This document shows, piece after piece, positions 1-9,330 of a stretch of DNA of 64,000 bases. The position numbers and the translations under genes were made by a program. Below the pieces are notes generated by a model. The model was not told where the DNA came from. It was given only the letters and a program-made list of their open reading frames with translations, and did not search any database. The stretch's first letter is position 1. Each line of letters opens with the position of its first letter. This DNA comes from Candidatus Falkowbacteria bacterium HGW-Falkowbacteria-1 (GTDB lineage Bacteria; Patescibacteriota; Patescibacteriia; Patescibacteriales; UBA12465): assembly GCA_002840305.1 (NCBI GenBank), contig PHAI01000002.1, forward strand, positions 266,707 through 330,706, written 5' to 3'.

Positions 1-1553
1 GTAAATTCGCTACGATTAGAGATAGCATTGGCCATACTCTTTATTTCATCAGAAGCGGAAGCCCTGGCTATCACATACCTTCCATTAGCTGGAACTACAA
101 CACCCTTGGGATATATCCCATCACTAAGATTTCCTATTCTAATCATAAGCGAAGGGGTGGCGCTAGTTTTTGTTTTATATAATCTAACGCCGGCCTCTTC
201 TAGGTCAATGGAAAAAGTATTTGGATTGTATATCTCTATATAGTCATCGCTTAAAGTTGAATATACTTTACTAATCAGCAAATTGCTTCTTAAAACTTCA
301 AATGATTCAAGACGAAGAACTGATTCTTCTGGTTCTTTTTCTTCTATATTTTTTTCTAAAGAAACGACATCAACACTCAACTCCGAATTTGAACTATAAC
401 CTTGAACCGCGTAAGTTTTGTCAACTGTAACTAGGCTTTGCAATTTGCCAGACAAACCGCCAGAATTAACTACCTCGGAATTCTCTTTTTTGTCCAATAT
501 GGCGACAAAAGACGTAGAACTTTTTGCTAAAACATTTTCACTACCTTCCTGAACTTGCAGGGCTTGTTGATTTTCGACATTTTCCCTCATATCATCTAAA
601 TCAACGACCACTTCATCGCCTTTAGCAAAAACGGAGGTAATACCTTTAACAATTTTAGCGAGAGATGAAAAAGGGTTATTTATAAAACTCCACTTAAAAA
701 TCATGGCCACCTCAGGAACTCTGCCCCGCACTTCATCATCATTAAATTTGCTACTTATATCTATGTCAACCGTAACATCTTCTAGACTATCTTGCATAAA
801 CTGAGTTAGAGGAAAAAAGAAATATCTTTCATCTTCATATTCAAATCCCGAATTAAAACCGATTAGTTCCGGCAAAGGAATAACAGTCCCTTTATTTTTG
901 AAAATTTTGGAAAACTCTAAATCTTTAGACAAACAATCTCCGTTTTCCTTATTTTGAATACTATAATCATCGAATCCATCAGGCGTGATGTTTATAGCAT
1001 AAAAACGAGGGTCGTATTCCAGGCGAGACAAATCAAGCGGATTTAAAATATCAGCGCTTTCATATATTTTTTCTGTTAAACCAACACAAATCCACTCTCC
1101 ACTATTTGGCCCTTTTTGTTCCTTGAAATCAAAGTCATAAGCCAAATTACTATCAGCTAATTTCTTAGCTAACTGAGCAACCTTGACCCTTTGAACCTCA
1201 TTAAGATTTTTAGGGATTTTAGCCCCAATCAATTCCTCCCCATTGTTTTCATTCAAAAAATACTTAGCCGGAACCTTGATTAAACCATCAGGCAAAGCCT
1301 CCACTATGTAGTCGACACCATCTTCTTTGCCGACATAAATACCGACGTGTCCAGTATAAATATTTTTAATCATCTTGTTTTTAACAACAACCAATTCATC
1401 AGTATTATAACCATACAGATTACCATCGCTAGATGTTCTATAAAGCAGTGTTCCTATTGGCATTGCAAAAGCAAAACTAGCTAAAGAAAAATTCATAAGT
1501 AAAGCGCTAAAAAATAACGCCCACTTATGCTTTTTAAAAAAATTTAAAAGCAT
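1..1553 (-). CDS. Secreted multidomain protein, truncated by the window edge. It has an N-terminal hydrophobic leader, a permuted papain-like (NlpC/P60, YiiX-like) domain and a lamin-tail-domain-like segment.
   Basis: It is absent from the ORF track because it runs off the window. My hand translation starts at the ATG (complement of 1551-1553) and stays open to position 1. It reads MLLNFFKKHKWALFFSALLMNFSLASFAFA..GHVGIYVGKEDG..AYDFDFKEQKGPNSGEWICVGL. Near the edge it reads LLISKVYSTLSDDYIEIYNPNTFSIDLEEAGVRLY, which is LTD-like. Confidence 0.55.
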   Translation of the reverse strand, partial: MLLNFFKKHKWALFFSALLMNFSLASFAFAMPIGTLLYRTSSDGNLYGYNTDELVVVKNKMIKNIYTGHVGIYVGKEDGVDYIVEALPDGLIKVPAKYFLNENNGEELIGAKIPKNLNEVQRVKVAQLAKKLADSNLAYDFDFKEQKGPNSGEWICVGLTEKIYESADILNPLDLSRLEYDPRFYAINITPDGFDDYSIQNKENGDCLSKDLEFSKIFKNKGTVIPLPELIGFNSGFEYEDERYFFFPLTQFMQDSLEDVTVDIDISSKFNDDEVRGRVPEVAMIFKWSFINNPFSSLAKIVKGITSVFAKGDEVVVDLDDMRENVENQQALQVQEGSENVLAKSSTSFVAILDKKENSEVVNSGGLSGKLQSLVTVDKTYAVQGYSSNSELSVDVVSLEKNIEEKEPEESVLRLESFEVLRSNLLISKVYSTLSDDYIEIYNPNTFSIDLEEAGVRLYKTKTSATPSLMIRIGNLSDGIYPKGVVVPANGRYVIARASASDEIKSMANAISNRSEF

Positions 1554-1601
1554 AGCCCCAAAAAAATTAATTTGTATTTAAATCATGGCCAGAGCCATTC
1601 C

Positions 1602-2576
1602 CTATAAATAATACTCTTCCCACTCCTCATCGCTTATATCGGGAAAATCATAATCTCGGCTTGATTGCCTATTTAAAGTATCAGCAATTAAAAACTTGCT
1701 AAATTCATCAGTATTTTCATTTTGATAAAGACCATCCAAGAACATAAGCACCTCTTGATTATCATCTTCCATAATAAAATCAGACAAAATAAAAATTACT
1801 AAACGACGATTTTCAAAACCGGAATTAACATTTAAAAAAATATTTTCCAATACAGGCAGCACCTTCCCATGATCTAGGTCAAAACGGCCAATATCCCCGC
1901 CCAAAGACTTCAAAATTGTTCCTATTATTTTTTGATTATTTTCTTTAATAAGTAAATCTAAATAGTAACCACTCAAATTAGTGCCCAAAGAGCTTAAAAA
2001 ATTTATAGATTTTATTTTATTATTTCCATCTAAAATATTTTCCGAAATATTATTTTTCAAAATTTTAAGATAGCTATCGGATTCTAGATAATTATAAAAA
2101 GAAAAAATTAAAGCTTGTTTTATTTCCAAATCTTCATCGATATTTTCATTATCAATATAAAACTGAGTATCATTCAAGAAATCTTCTAAATAAATATTTT
2201 TATCAAGCGATTCTTCTATTACTTTTATTGACTCTAAGCGCCACCCTAAATTTTCTTCTTGATTAAAAATAGTATTTTTCAATTTTTCATAAACCTTTTT
2301 ATTGTCTATATTAGCCGTTATCTCTTGCTTGTAGCCCAACTGCTGATAAAAACAAACATCACGGCAAACTGGGTTTTTATAAATAGAAATGGCTAAACGA
2401 TTCATAGCTATAATTGATCTAATATTTTGAGGCCAAATTTTACACAAAGAACCATAAATACTAGAAATAAAAAAAATAATTAAAAAAATAGTCAACGAAC
2501 TAATTGATAAAATAAAAATTCTTTTTTTATTAAAAAACTTCTTAATTTTATTACTACTAAAAACAAAATTTTTCAT
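1602..2576 (-). CDS. Hypothetical protein with an N-terminal membrane anchor
   Basis: 324-aa ORF. A hydrophobic stretch (IFILSISSLTIFLIIFFISSIYG) lies near the N-terminus. No family was recognised. Confidence 0.5.
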   Translation of the reverse strand: MKNFVFSSNKIKKFFNKKRIFILSISSLTIFLIIFFISSIYGSLCKIWPQNIRSIIAMNRLAISIYKNPVCRDVCFYQQLGYKQEITANIDNKKVYEKLKNTIFNQEENLGWRLESIKVIEESLDKNIYLEDFLNDTQFYIDNENIDEDLEIKQALIFSFYNYLESDSYLKILKNNISENILDGNNKIKSINFLSSLGTNLSGYYLDLLIKENNQKIIGTILKSLGGDIGRFDLDHGKVLPVLENIFLNVNSGFENRRLVIFILSDFIMEDDNQEVLMFLDGLYQNENTDEFSKFLIADTLNRQSSRDYDFPDISDEEWEEYYL

Positions 2577-3004
2577 AGTTGAAATAAATTATTTGATAAA
2601 AAATTGATTAAAAAAATATGCCTTGAGGCGAACTTACTAAATTAAGTTATCACTAAAAAAGAAATCTAAAATAGTAATAAAAATGAATAAATCCGCCCAA
2701 ACGTTTACTTTTATTATTTTAATAATAAAAATTATTACTTCTCAAACGAAATCAAGGCAAGCATTACTTGTCTAAAATAACAAAAGAGCCCTTACAGCTC
2801 TTTAAATTAAAAATAAAAAATAACCAAACATAATGTTTAGTTATTATATAAAAATCTATCAAACGATATTACTAAGACGATAAATTAAACATTTTTTTGT
2901 AATAATCAGTGAACAGGTTGCTTTTTTCTGCTAAATTACTATTTTTTCCAACTGATTTCCACTGATCAACGGTTGTATATGTCTCACCAATTTTAAACTT
3001 TTCT

Positions 3005-3247
3005 TTAGTTTGATATTATTATTCCCGCTTCTTTATTAAGCTTGGACCTCAAATTATCCTTGTCTTGAGAATTTTCCAATGTATAATCCGGTTTTATATT
3101 TAACATGCCAAAATATCCATCCAACCTTTTATGCACGGCACTTATTCCTTCGGCTGCAATTTCTGTCTCTAAGCCGCCAAAAACTCTATCTTTTGCCTTC
3201 TCATGAATTGCCTTTTTAATTGTCTCAAAGTTTTTCATATCTTGCAA
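3005..3247 (-). CDS. Hypothetical small protein
   Basis: 80-aa ORF on the same strand as its neighbours. No motif was recognised. Confidence 0.35.
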   Translation of the reverse strand: MQDMKNFETIKKAIHEKAKDRVFGGLETEIAAEGISAVHKRLDGYFGMLNIKPDYTLENSQDKDNLRSKLNKEAGIIISN

Positions 3248-3304
3248 ATTAACGAAATTTATCCATTATAAACAAATATCAATTAAATAAAAAACAACCA
3301 CAAA

Positions 3305-3832
3305 TCAATCCATATGAATCAATCTATCTCTCTTGAATTTCTTTTTTTCACCAAAGATCGCGATGCCATGATGAAAATATTTTTTTCCGTCAACGCCAAC
3401 ATCGTGCCACCTTTTTTCTAATTCATCGCACGTCAAATAAGTGCGAACAAAAGAAAACGGATCTTCGAAAATTATTTTGTTTCTCGTATATCCAGCGGCC
3501 ACAACATAATGTCCATCATCCCAATCAGTCTCCCAGTCAACATCCTCCTTCTTAGTCCAGGCCTGTAATGCCAAAATTACAGGGATCTTCTTATTAAGAT
3601 AATCTTTAATATCTTTAATGGACATCTCTCTGGAGGTTGATTTCAAACCATATGCAGACACAGTTTCGACTATGCCCTCGATAGAAGTTCCATCTTCCGA
3701 CGTTTTAGTTCTTTTTATTATATACTCCTCTCTCACTTCTATACCGTAATAAGCCAATACTGCCTGAAGTGCCTTAGCACCACAATCATAACCATAAGTC
3801 TGACGAAGTTGTGGTAAGCCAATATTTTTCAT
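3305..3832 (-). CDS. Papain-like cysteine peptidase, C39-like domain protein
   Basis: An N-terminal Q..YGYDCG motif is the candidate catalytic Cys. A downstream DDGHYVVAAGY is the candidate His. The size and layout fit standalone C39-like peptidases. Confidence 0.6.
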   Translation of the reverse strand: MKNIGLPQLRQTYGYDCGAKALQAVLAYYGIEVREEYIIKRTKTSEDGTSIEGIVETVSAYGLKSTSREMSIKDIKDYLNKKIPVILALQAWTKKEDVDWETDWDDGHYVVAAGYTRNKIIFEDPFSFVRTYLTCDELEKRWHDVGVDGKKYFHHGIAIFGEKKKFKRDRLIHMD

Positions 3833-3857
3833 AAATTATAAGCATTATTTTCACTTA

Positions 3858-4262
3858 CTAAGAAATAATAATTTTTCTTATCTCTTCCAAATCATCCTTG
3901 AGGTCTTTTTTACCAATAAAATCCAACTTCATACCATCATCTTTGTAACGAGGAACAACATGAAAATGCAAATGAAAAACTTCCTGTCCAGCCTCTTTGC
4001 CAGAGTTATTAGCAATGTTCACAGCGTCAGCCCCCAATTTTTCTTTTACTAATTGGGCCATCTTTTTAGAAATTTTAATCAAATGAGACAAAATTTCATC
4101 TGGGCAATCAAGAATGTTTTCGAAATGTTCTTTTGGAATAATAAGTAAATGACCCTTAGACGCCGGGTTTATATTTAAAAAAACCTTAGCCACTTTATCT
4201 TGAAATATTTCTACACTCGGGATTTCCCCTTTAACAATTTTACAAAAAATACAATCTTTCAT
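3858..4262 (-). CDS. HIT family nucleotide hydrolase/transferase
   Basis: CIFCKI N-terminus and the histidine triad FHLHFHVVPR. Confidence 0.85.
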   Translation of the reverse strand: MKDCIFCKIVKGEIPSVEIFQDKVAKVFLNINPASKGHLLIIPKEHFENILDCPDEILSHLIKISKKMAQLVKEKLGADAVNIANNSGKEAGQEVFHLHFHVVPRYKDDGMKLDFIGKKDLKDDLEEIRKIIIS

Positions 4263-4277
4263 ATTTTAAAATTAATA

Positions 4278-4883
4278 TTATAATTCAATATTAGGTTCAA
4301 TTATCTTTTTAGCTTCATCACAACTATGTAAAATCCCGGAGCCATCATCAAATCCACTCCCGCAAGAATTTATAAACAAAAGCCAATCCCGACTCATCAT
4401 ATATGGATAAGTATCTCCACCAGTTTCACATAAATCAAAATCGGCCTTAAACTGTCCCAGCGATACATACCTTGGTTTATTTGGCAGTATAGTAACAACA
4501 TAAGAACTACCATCGCCCTCTTGATATTCAAAATCATAAACTATCTTATTGCCACCACTAAATTTACTAATCAACTCGTCGAAGTATCCTTCTTCATGAT
4601 AAGAACCACAATCTTCGGCTCTTTTTTCTAAGAGACTAGCACTATAATTGAAAGGCTCGGTGATTCTAGAAACAGTAATTGGCTCCCCGTCAGTAGTGTA
4701 ATATAGAGGACCCGACTTTGAGTTTTCTTCGGCTAGTTCTTTTAATGTATTTATACCGGAAATTCCTTTTTGTAAATCGGGCACAGAAGATGTTTGTTTC
4801 TTGGTATTGTTTTTCTGCCATAAATAAAAACCGCCAACAATAATGGCAATAATAACGAGACTTAATAATCCTTTTTTATTCAT
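4278..4883 (-). CDS. Hypothetical membrane-anchored/secreted protein
   Basis: 201-aa ORF with an N-terminal TM segment (LLSLVIIAIIVGGFYLW). No family was recognised. Confidence 0.5.
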   Translation of the reverse strand: MNKKGLLSLVIIAIIVGGFYLWQKNNTKKQTSSVPDLQKGISGINTLKELAEENSKSGPLYYTTDGEPITVSRITEPFNYSASLLEKRAEDCGSYHEEGYFDELISKFSGGNKIVYDFEYQEGDGSSYVVTILPNKPRYVSLGQFKADFDLCETGGDTYPYMMSRDWLLFINSCGSGFDDGSGILHSCDEAKKIIEPNIEL

Positions 4884-4968
4884 AAAGCTTTAAACTTGGC
4901 TAATTAATTAAAATTTGCCATTATTTAGCATAAAGAAAAGTACAAGGTCAAAACAAAAAAACAATTGA

Positions 4969-5199
4969 CTACTTGCTTAAATACTTAAAACGAGGCATTG
5001 ATATTCCATCAACCAACACATCTTCAAAAAACATATTTTTTGGTCTAACCCATAATGAGTTTTTGCCAAATTCTTTTGAATCATAAAGAGCCCTGTAAAC
5101 AACCAATTCCTCAAGACTTTCACTATGTCTTGCAACTCCAATAAGTTCATATTCGCCACCCTTAAAATGTTTATACTTACCCAATTTTATTTCTTTCAT
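4969..5199 (-). CDS. DUF1653 family protein
   Basis: The pattern YKHFKGGEYELIGVARHSESLEELVVYRALY..LWVRP is DUF1653-like. I moved the start to the internal MKEIKLGKY, because the longer ORF overlaps hisS. Confidence 0.65.
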   Translation of the reverse strand: MKEIKLGKYKHFKGGEYELIGVARHSESLEELVVYRALYDSKEFGKNSLWVRPKNMFFEDVLVDGISMPRFKYLSK

Positions 5200-5227
5200 A
5201 AAAAATAGTAAAAGATAAAAAGATAAA

Positions 5228-6514
5228 CTAAAAACTCCAAGAAACAATCTGTTCTTCCCCGCTTTTCATATCTTTTATCTTATAACACTTCTTAGCAAAT
5301 TCGTCTTCCCCAAAAATAACAATCTTGCCAACCCCTTTCTTGTTCGCATACTCCAAGGCCTTACCAATTTTTGTCACATCCAAACCCATTTCAACTTTTT
5401 CTCCTTTGGCTCTCAATTCTTTGGACAAAGAAAAACTTTGATTTATTAAACTCTCACTAAGCAGTGGTAAAAAATAAGTATTCTCATAGAGATTGGTTTT
5501 TGGTAAAATGTCCCAAGATTCCAAAAATATCCTAAAAGTCTCGTCTCCAATAGCGAAGCCAACCGCCGGAAAACTTTTGGAACCAAATATTTCGGCCAAG
5601 CCATTATATCTACCTCCCCCAAACATAGCCCTATTATTTTCAGGGTGATTATCAAATATTTCAAATATCAAACCATCATAATAATCAAAGCCCCTAATAA
5701 CCGAAGGAGAAAACAACAAATACTCTTGATACCCTAAATCAGAGAGTTGTTTTATTAAAGCTCTCATTTCTTTCACGCTTTCCTTATCTAACAATTCTGG
5801 CAATTTTTCAACTAAATCATCAATTGAATCAGCTCTCAAGAAGCTATCAATTCTGTTTGTGTCATCCATTTTTAAGCCCATGTCCATTACGGCTTTATAA
5901 AACTCTTCATCAGATAACTTTTCATATTTGTCCATTAACCTGGTCAAAGAAATTTTTTTATCTTCACCCAAATTTAAAAGATCGAAAAGATCATCTATCA
6001 GTTTTCGACTATTAATTTTTAAAACAAAAGAATTCTTGGGTGGATTAAAAATCAACATCAAATCTATAGCTAATTGAAGTGTTTCCAAGTCGGACAAAGT
6101 CCCATCCTCCCCAAAAATATCACAGTTTAATTGCCAGAACTCTCTATTTCTGCCTCTTTGTGGTCTTTCATTTCTAATAAAATTAGTAATAGAAAATAAT
6201 TTCAATGGCTTTGGACTAGAAGAATAAATTTTGGAAACTAATCTAGAGATACTAGGGGTCATCTCTGGTCTAATAGCTAAATCTCTACCAGCCTGGTCTT
6301 TAAACACCATTAGCTCTTTTATACCTATGTCTTCACCGGATTTAGCTCGATAAATGTCAGCATTCTCTAAAATCGGAGTTAAATATTGAGAAAATCCATA
6401 AGAAAGACAGATTTGTTTCCAATTAGAGAAAATATAATCTCTAATAAAAAACTCCTCTGGCAACCAATCCTTCGTTCCTTTAACTTCCTGATTTGATAAT
6501 ATTATTTTTTTCAT
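5228..6514 (-). CDS. hisS: Histidyl-tRNA synthetase
   Basis: GTKDWLPEE, LAIRPEMTPS (motif 2 region) and FGGGRYNGL (motif 3). 428 aa. Confidence 0.85.
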   Translation of the reverse strand: MKKIILSNQEVKGTKDWLPEEFFIRDYIFSNWKQICLSYGFSQYLTPILENADIYRAKSGEDIGIKELMVFKDQAGRDLAIRPEMTPSISRLVSKIYSSSPKPLKLFSITNFIRNERPQRGRNREFWQLNCDIFGEDGTLSDLETLQLAIDLMLIFNPPKNSFVLKINSRKLIDDLFDLLNLGEDKKISLTRLMDKYEKLSDEEFYKAVMDMGLKMDDTNRIDSFLRADSIDDLVEKLPELLDKESVKEMRALIKQLSDLGYQEYLLFSPSVIRGFDYYDGLIFEIFDNHPENNRAMFGGGRYNGLAEIFGSKSFPAVGFAIGDETFRIFLESWDILPKTNLYENTYFLPLLSESLINQSFSLSKELRAKGEKVEMGLDVTKIGKALEYANKKGVGKIVIFGEDEFAKKCYKIKDMKSGEEQIVSWSF

Positions 6515-6523
6515 AATTTTATT

Positions 6524-7249
6524 TTATATAATCATCTTGTCCTGCAATTTATTCTTAGCCAATATTTGAGCCTCTAATAAACTATCAAAAGTTCCGGCAT
6601 CAACCCAAGCACCGCTCACCATTGCCACATCCAACTCCTTTCTCTCCAAATAAACCTTGTTGACATCAGTTATCTCTAACTCTCCCCTAACTGATGGTTT
6701 TAAATTTTTAGCAATATTTACAACTTGATTATCATAAACATATAAGCCCGTTACGCAATAATTTGATTTCGGCTGTTTCGGTTTTTCTTCTATGGAAATT
6801 GCTTTAAAATTTTTATCAAACTCGACTACACCGAATCTCTCAGGATCTGGAACTTCTCTGGCAAAAATTTTGGCACCGCTTTTAAAATTTTTAATATCAT
6901 CACTAAAGTCATCTTCAAAAATATTGTCGCCCAAGATCATACAAACACTATCTTCATCTATAAAATTTTCTCCAATCAAAAAAGCCTGAGCCAAACCCTC
7001 TGGCTTGTCTTGAATTTCATAAGTAAACTTCACTCCGAACTCCCTTCCACTACCAAGCAGATTTAAATAATGTCCTGCTTGCTCTGGAGAAACAATGATT
7101 AAAATATCTTTAATGCCCGCCCTTATCAATGTATTTAGAGGATAATAGATCATTGGTCTGTTATAAACCGGTAAAAGCTGTTTGGATGTAACCTTGGTAC
7201 AAGGGCGAAGTCTGGTCGCACTTCCACCGGACAATATAATTCCTTTCAT
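6524..7249 (-). CDS. rfbA: Glucose-1-phosphate thymidylyltransferase (short form)
   Basis: [54 protein letters not shown] and [12 protein letters not shown] align closely to RmlA as I remember it. The C-terminal ~50 aa of E. coli RmlA are absent. Confidence 0.85.
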   Translation of the reverse strand: MKGIILSGGSATRLRPCTKVTSKQLLPVYNRPMIYYPLNTLIRAGIKDILIIVSPEQAGHYLNLLGSGREFGVKFTYEIQDKPEGLAQAFLIGENFIDEDSVCMILGDNIFEDDFSDDIKNFKSGAKIFAREVPDPERFGVVEFDKNFKAISIEEKPKQPKSNYCVTGLYVYDNQVVNIAKNLKPSVRGELEITDVNKVYLERKELDVAMVSGAWVDAGTFDSLLEAQILAKNKLQDKMII

Positions 7250-7258
7250 AAAATTTTA

Positions 7259-8179
7259 CTATTTATAATTTATTAAATATTCTTTGAGCGCTTCCTTCCA
7301 ATCACGAAGTGCTGGTAATTTTGAATTAGCTAAAACGGAATACTTCGGCCTCTTGGCTGGTCTTGGGAAAGCGTCCGAAGTAACAGGATTGACCCTGATA
7401 TTAATATTCTTTATTTTGAATAATTCTCTAGCAGCATCATACCAAATAGCCGGTTCGCTATTTCTAATATGATATATTCCAAAATCCTTCTTGTCATTTA
7501 AAATATCCCAAGTTTGACTAGCCAAATCGAAGGTATAAGTAAAACAACTAAGCTCTTCGTTAACAACGTTAATTTCTTGTCTGTCCTTGGCAATTTTTAA
7601 CATCAAATCGAAAAAGCTATCCTTAGACTCGTTTGACTTCCCTTTTGGTCCAAAAAGCTTGGAGGTTCTAATTATATAATATTTTAATTTTTTATCCTCT
7701 AGTTTTTTTAATTCTTCCTCGCCCAACAACTTTGATAAACCATACTTATTTACAGGGCAAGGAATATCATCTTCTTTAAACCCGCCTCTTTCCTTAAAAC
7801 TTAAAAGGCAATCATCGCCACAACCATCTTCTTCACAAATATCACCACCAAAAACATAATCAGAAGAATAATGAACTAAAACAGAGTTGTTCTTAATGGC
7901 TGCTTTGCCCAAAAATTTTAAAGTTTCACCATTAATTTTTTTTGCCAGCTTAAATTCATCTTCAAACTCTTCACATCGGTCAACAGCATTATATGAGGCA
8001 GTATTGATTATAATATCAGGTCTTATTCTTGAGATTTTAGGCACTATCGAATCATAATCCAACAAATCCAAGTCTTTTCTATTATAGGCAAAAACCTGAG
8101 TATCAGAAGAATCTCCAATAGTTTTTAACAATTGACCACCTAGATTGCCATCAGACCCTAAAATTAAAACTTTTTTCAT
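7259..8179 (-). CDS. rfbD: dTDP-4-dehydrorhamnose reductase
   Basis: Rossmann N-terminus VLILGSDGNLGGQL and a YGLSKLLGE catalytic YxxxK. It lies between rfbA and rfbB. Confidence 0.75.
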   Translation of the reverse strand: MKKVLILGSDGNLGGQLLKTIGDSSDTQVFAYNRKDLDLLDYDSIVPKISRIRPDIIINTASYNAVDRCEEFEDEFKLAKKINGETLKFLGKAAIKNNSVLVHYSSDYVFGGDICEEDGCGDDCLLSFKERGGFKEDDIPCPVNKYGLSKLLGEEELKKLEDKKLKYYIIRTSKLFGPKGKSNESKDSFFDLMLKIAKDRQEINVVNEELSCFTYTFDLASQTWDILNDKKDFGIYHIRNSEPAIWYDAARELFKIKNINIRVNPVTSDAFPRPAKRPKYSVLANSKLPALRDWKEALKEYLINYK

Positions 8180-8205
8180 AATTACAAAATTATCTTTATC
8201 GAAAA

Positions 8206-9180
8206 CTATTTATTGTTTTGAATTTTTTTCCACCAAACACTATTCTGCCTGTACCAATCTATTGTATTTTCTAACCCTTGAGAAAAACCTATTTCTGGTT
8301 CCCAGGCAAGCTCCTTTTTAGCTTTAGAAAAATCAATTGCATAACGAAGATCATGACCCAAACGATCTTCCACAAATTCTATCATATCTTCTCCCATGGA
8401 CAAAATGTCCAAAATTTTGTGAGTAATTTCTATATTTTTAATTTCATTGTTTCCCCCCAAACAATAAGTTTCACCTATCTTTCCTTTTTCAATAATCATT
8501 TTTACTCCTCGATTATGATCATCAACGTGTATCCAGTCACGAATGTTTTGACCATTTCCGTAAACCGGAACCTTTTTACCTTCAATTAAATTTATTATAA
8601 ACAAAGGGATAAGTTTTTCTGGAAATTGATAGGGTCCATAGTTATTAGAACAGTTTGATACCGTAATCGGCAAATTATAAGTATGAAAGTAGGCTCTGAC
8701 TAAATGATCGGCTGCCGCCTTGGAAGCACTATAGGGAGAGCGTGGATCATAGGGAGTTTTTTCGTTAAATTTCTCATCATCCAAATTCAAGGAGCCAAAA
8801 ACCTCATCAGTCGATATTTGATGAAATCTAATTCCTCCGTTATTTTTAGCCGCCTCCAAAAGCACTCTAGTGCCCTCTATATTAGTCTTTACAAAATCAG
8901 AACTATTTTTTATAGACCTATCAACATGGCTTTCGGCTGCAAAATTTACTATCAAATCAGTTTTCTTGACTAAACTATTCACTAAATCAAAATCACAAAT
9001 ATCACCTTGGACAAATTTATAGTTTGAATTATTAGAAATATCAACTAAATTATCTAAATTACCAGCGTAAGTTAGTTTGTCCAGATTTGTTATCTGATCA
9101 TTTGGCTCGTTTTTTAACCAATATCTAATAAAATTTGAGCCAATAAACCCAGCCCCTCCTGTTACTAAAATTTTTGACAT
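8206..9180 (-). CDS. rfbB: dTDP-glucose 4,6-dehydratase
   Basis: ILVTGGAGFIGSNF, a YSASKAAADHL catalytic motif and RDWIHVDDH. Confidence 0.9.
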   Translation of the reverse strand: MSKILVTGGAGFIGSNFIRYWLKNEPNDQITNLDKLTYAGNLDNLVDISNNSNYKFVQGDICDFDLVNSLVKKTDLIVNFAAESHVDRSIKNSSDFVKTNIEGTRVLLEAAKNNGGIRFHQISTDEVFGSLNLDDEKFNEKTPYDPRSPYSASKAAADHLVRAYFHTYNLPITVSNCSNNYGPYQFPEKLIPLFIINLIEGKKVPVYGNGQNIRDWIHVDDHNRGVKMIIEKGKIGETYCLGGNNEIKNIEITHKILDILSMGEDMIEFVEDRLGHDLRYAIDFSKAKKELAWEPEIGFSQGLENTIDWYRQNSVWWKKIQNNK

Positions 9181-9250
9181 AAACTATAAAAAAATATTAT
9201 ATAAACTCTGTAAACATTATATAATATTTATTTAATTTTTGAAAGCGTTT

Positions 9251-9290
9251 AAAAAATAAAAAACACTTATCGATAATAAGTGCTTTTTTT
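9251..9290. terminator. Bidirectional intrinsic terminator
   Basis: The hairpin cacttat-cgata-ataagtg (9264-9282) is flanked by an A-run upstream and a T-run downstream. Confidence 0.55.
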
Positions 9291-9330
9291 GTACAATTTG
9301 AACAAATATCAAAATTTTTTGAAATATTTA

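Noticed and set aside
28-243. 71-aa plus-strand ORF at the window start
   Set aside because: It lies antisense inside the long open minus-strand frame (1-1553), which has recognisable domains. It is a shadow ORF.
2881-3004. Open frame of about 41 codons directly downstream of the 80-aa ORF (KFKIGETYTTVDQWKSVGKNSNLAEKSNLFTDYYKKMFNLSS*), a possible frameshifted extension or small gene
   Set aside because: It has no canonical start codon, is out of frame with the upstream ORF and shows no recognisable motif. I cannot support it from the sequence alone.
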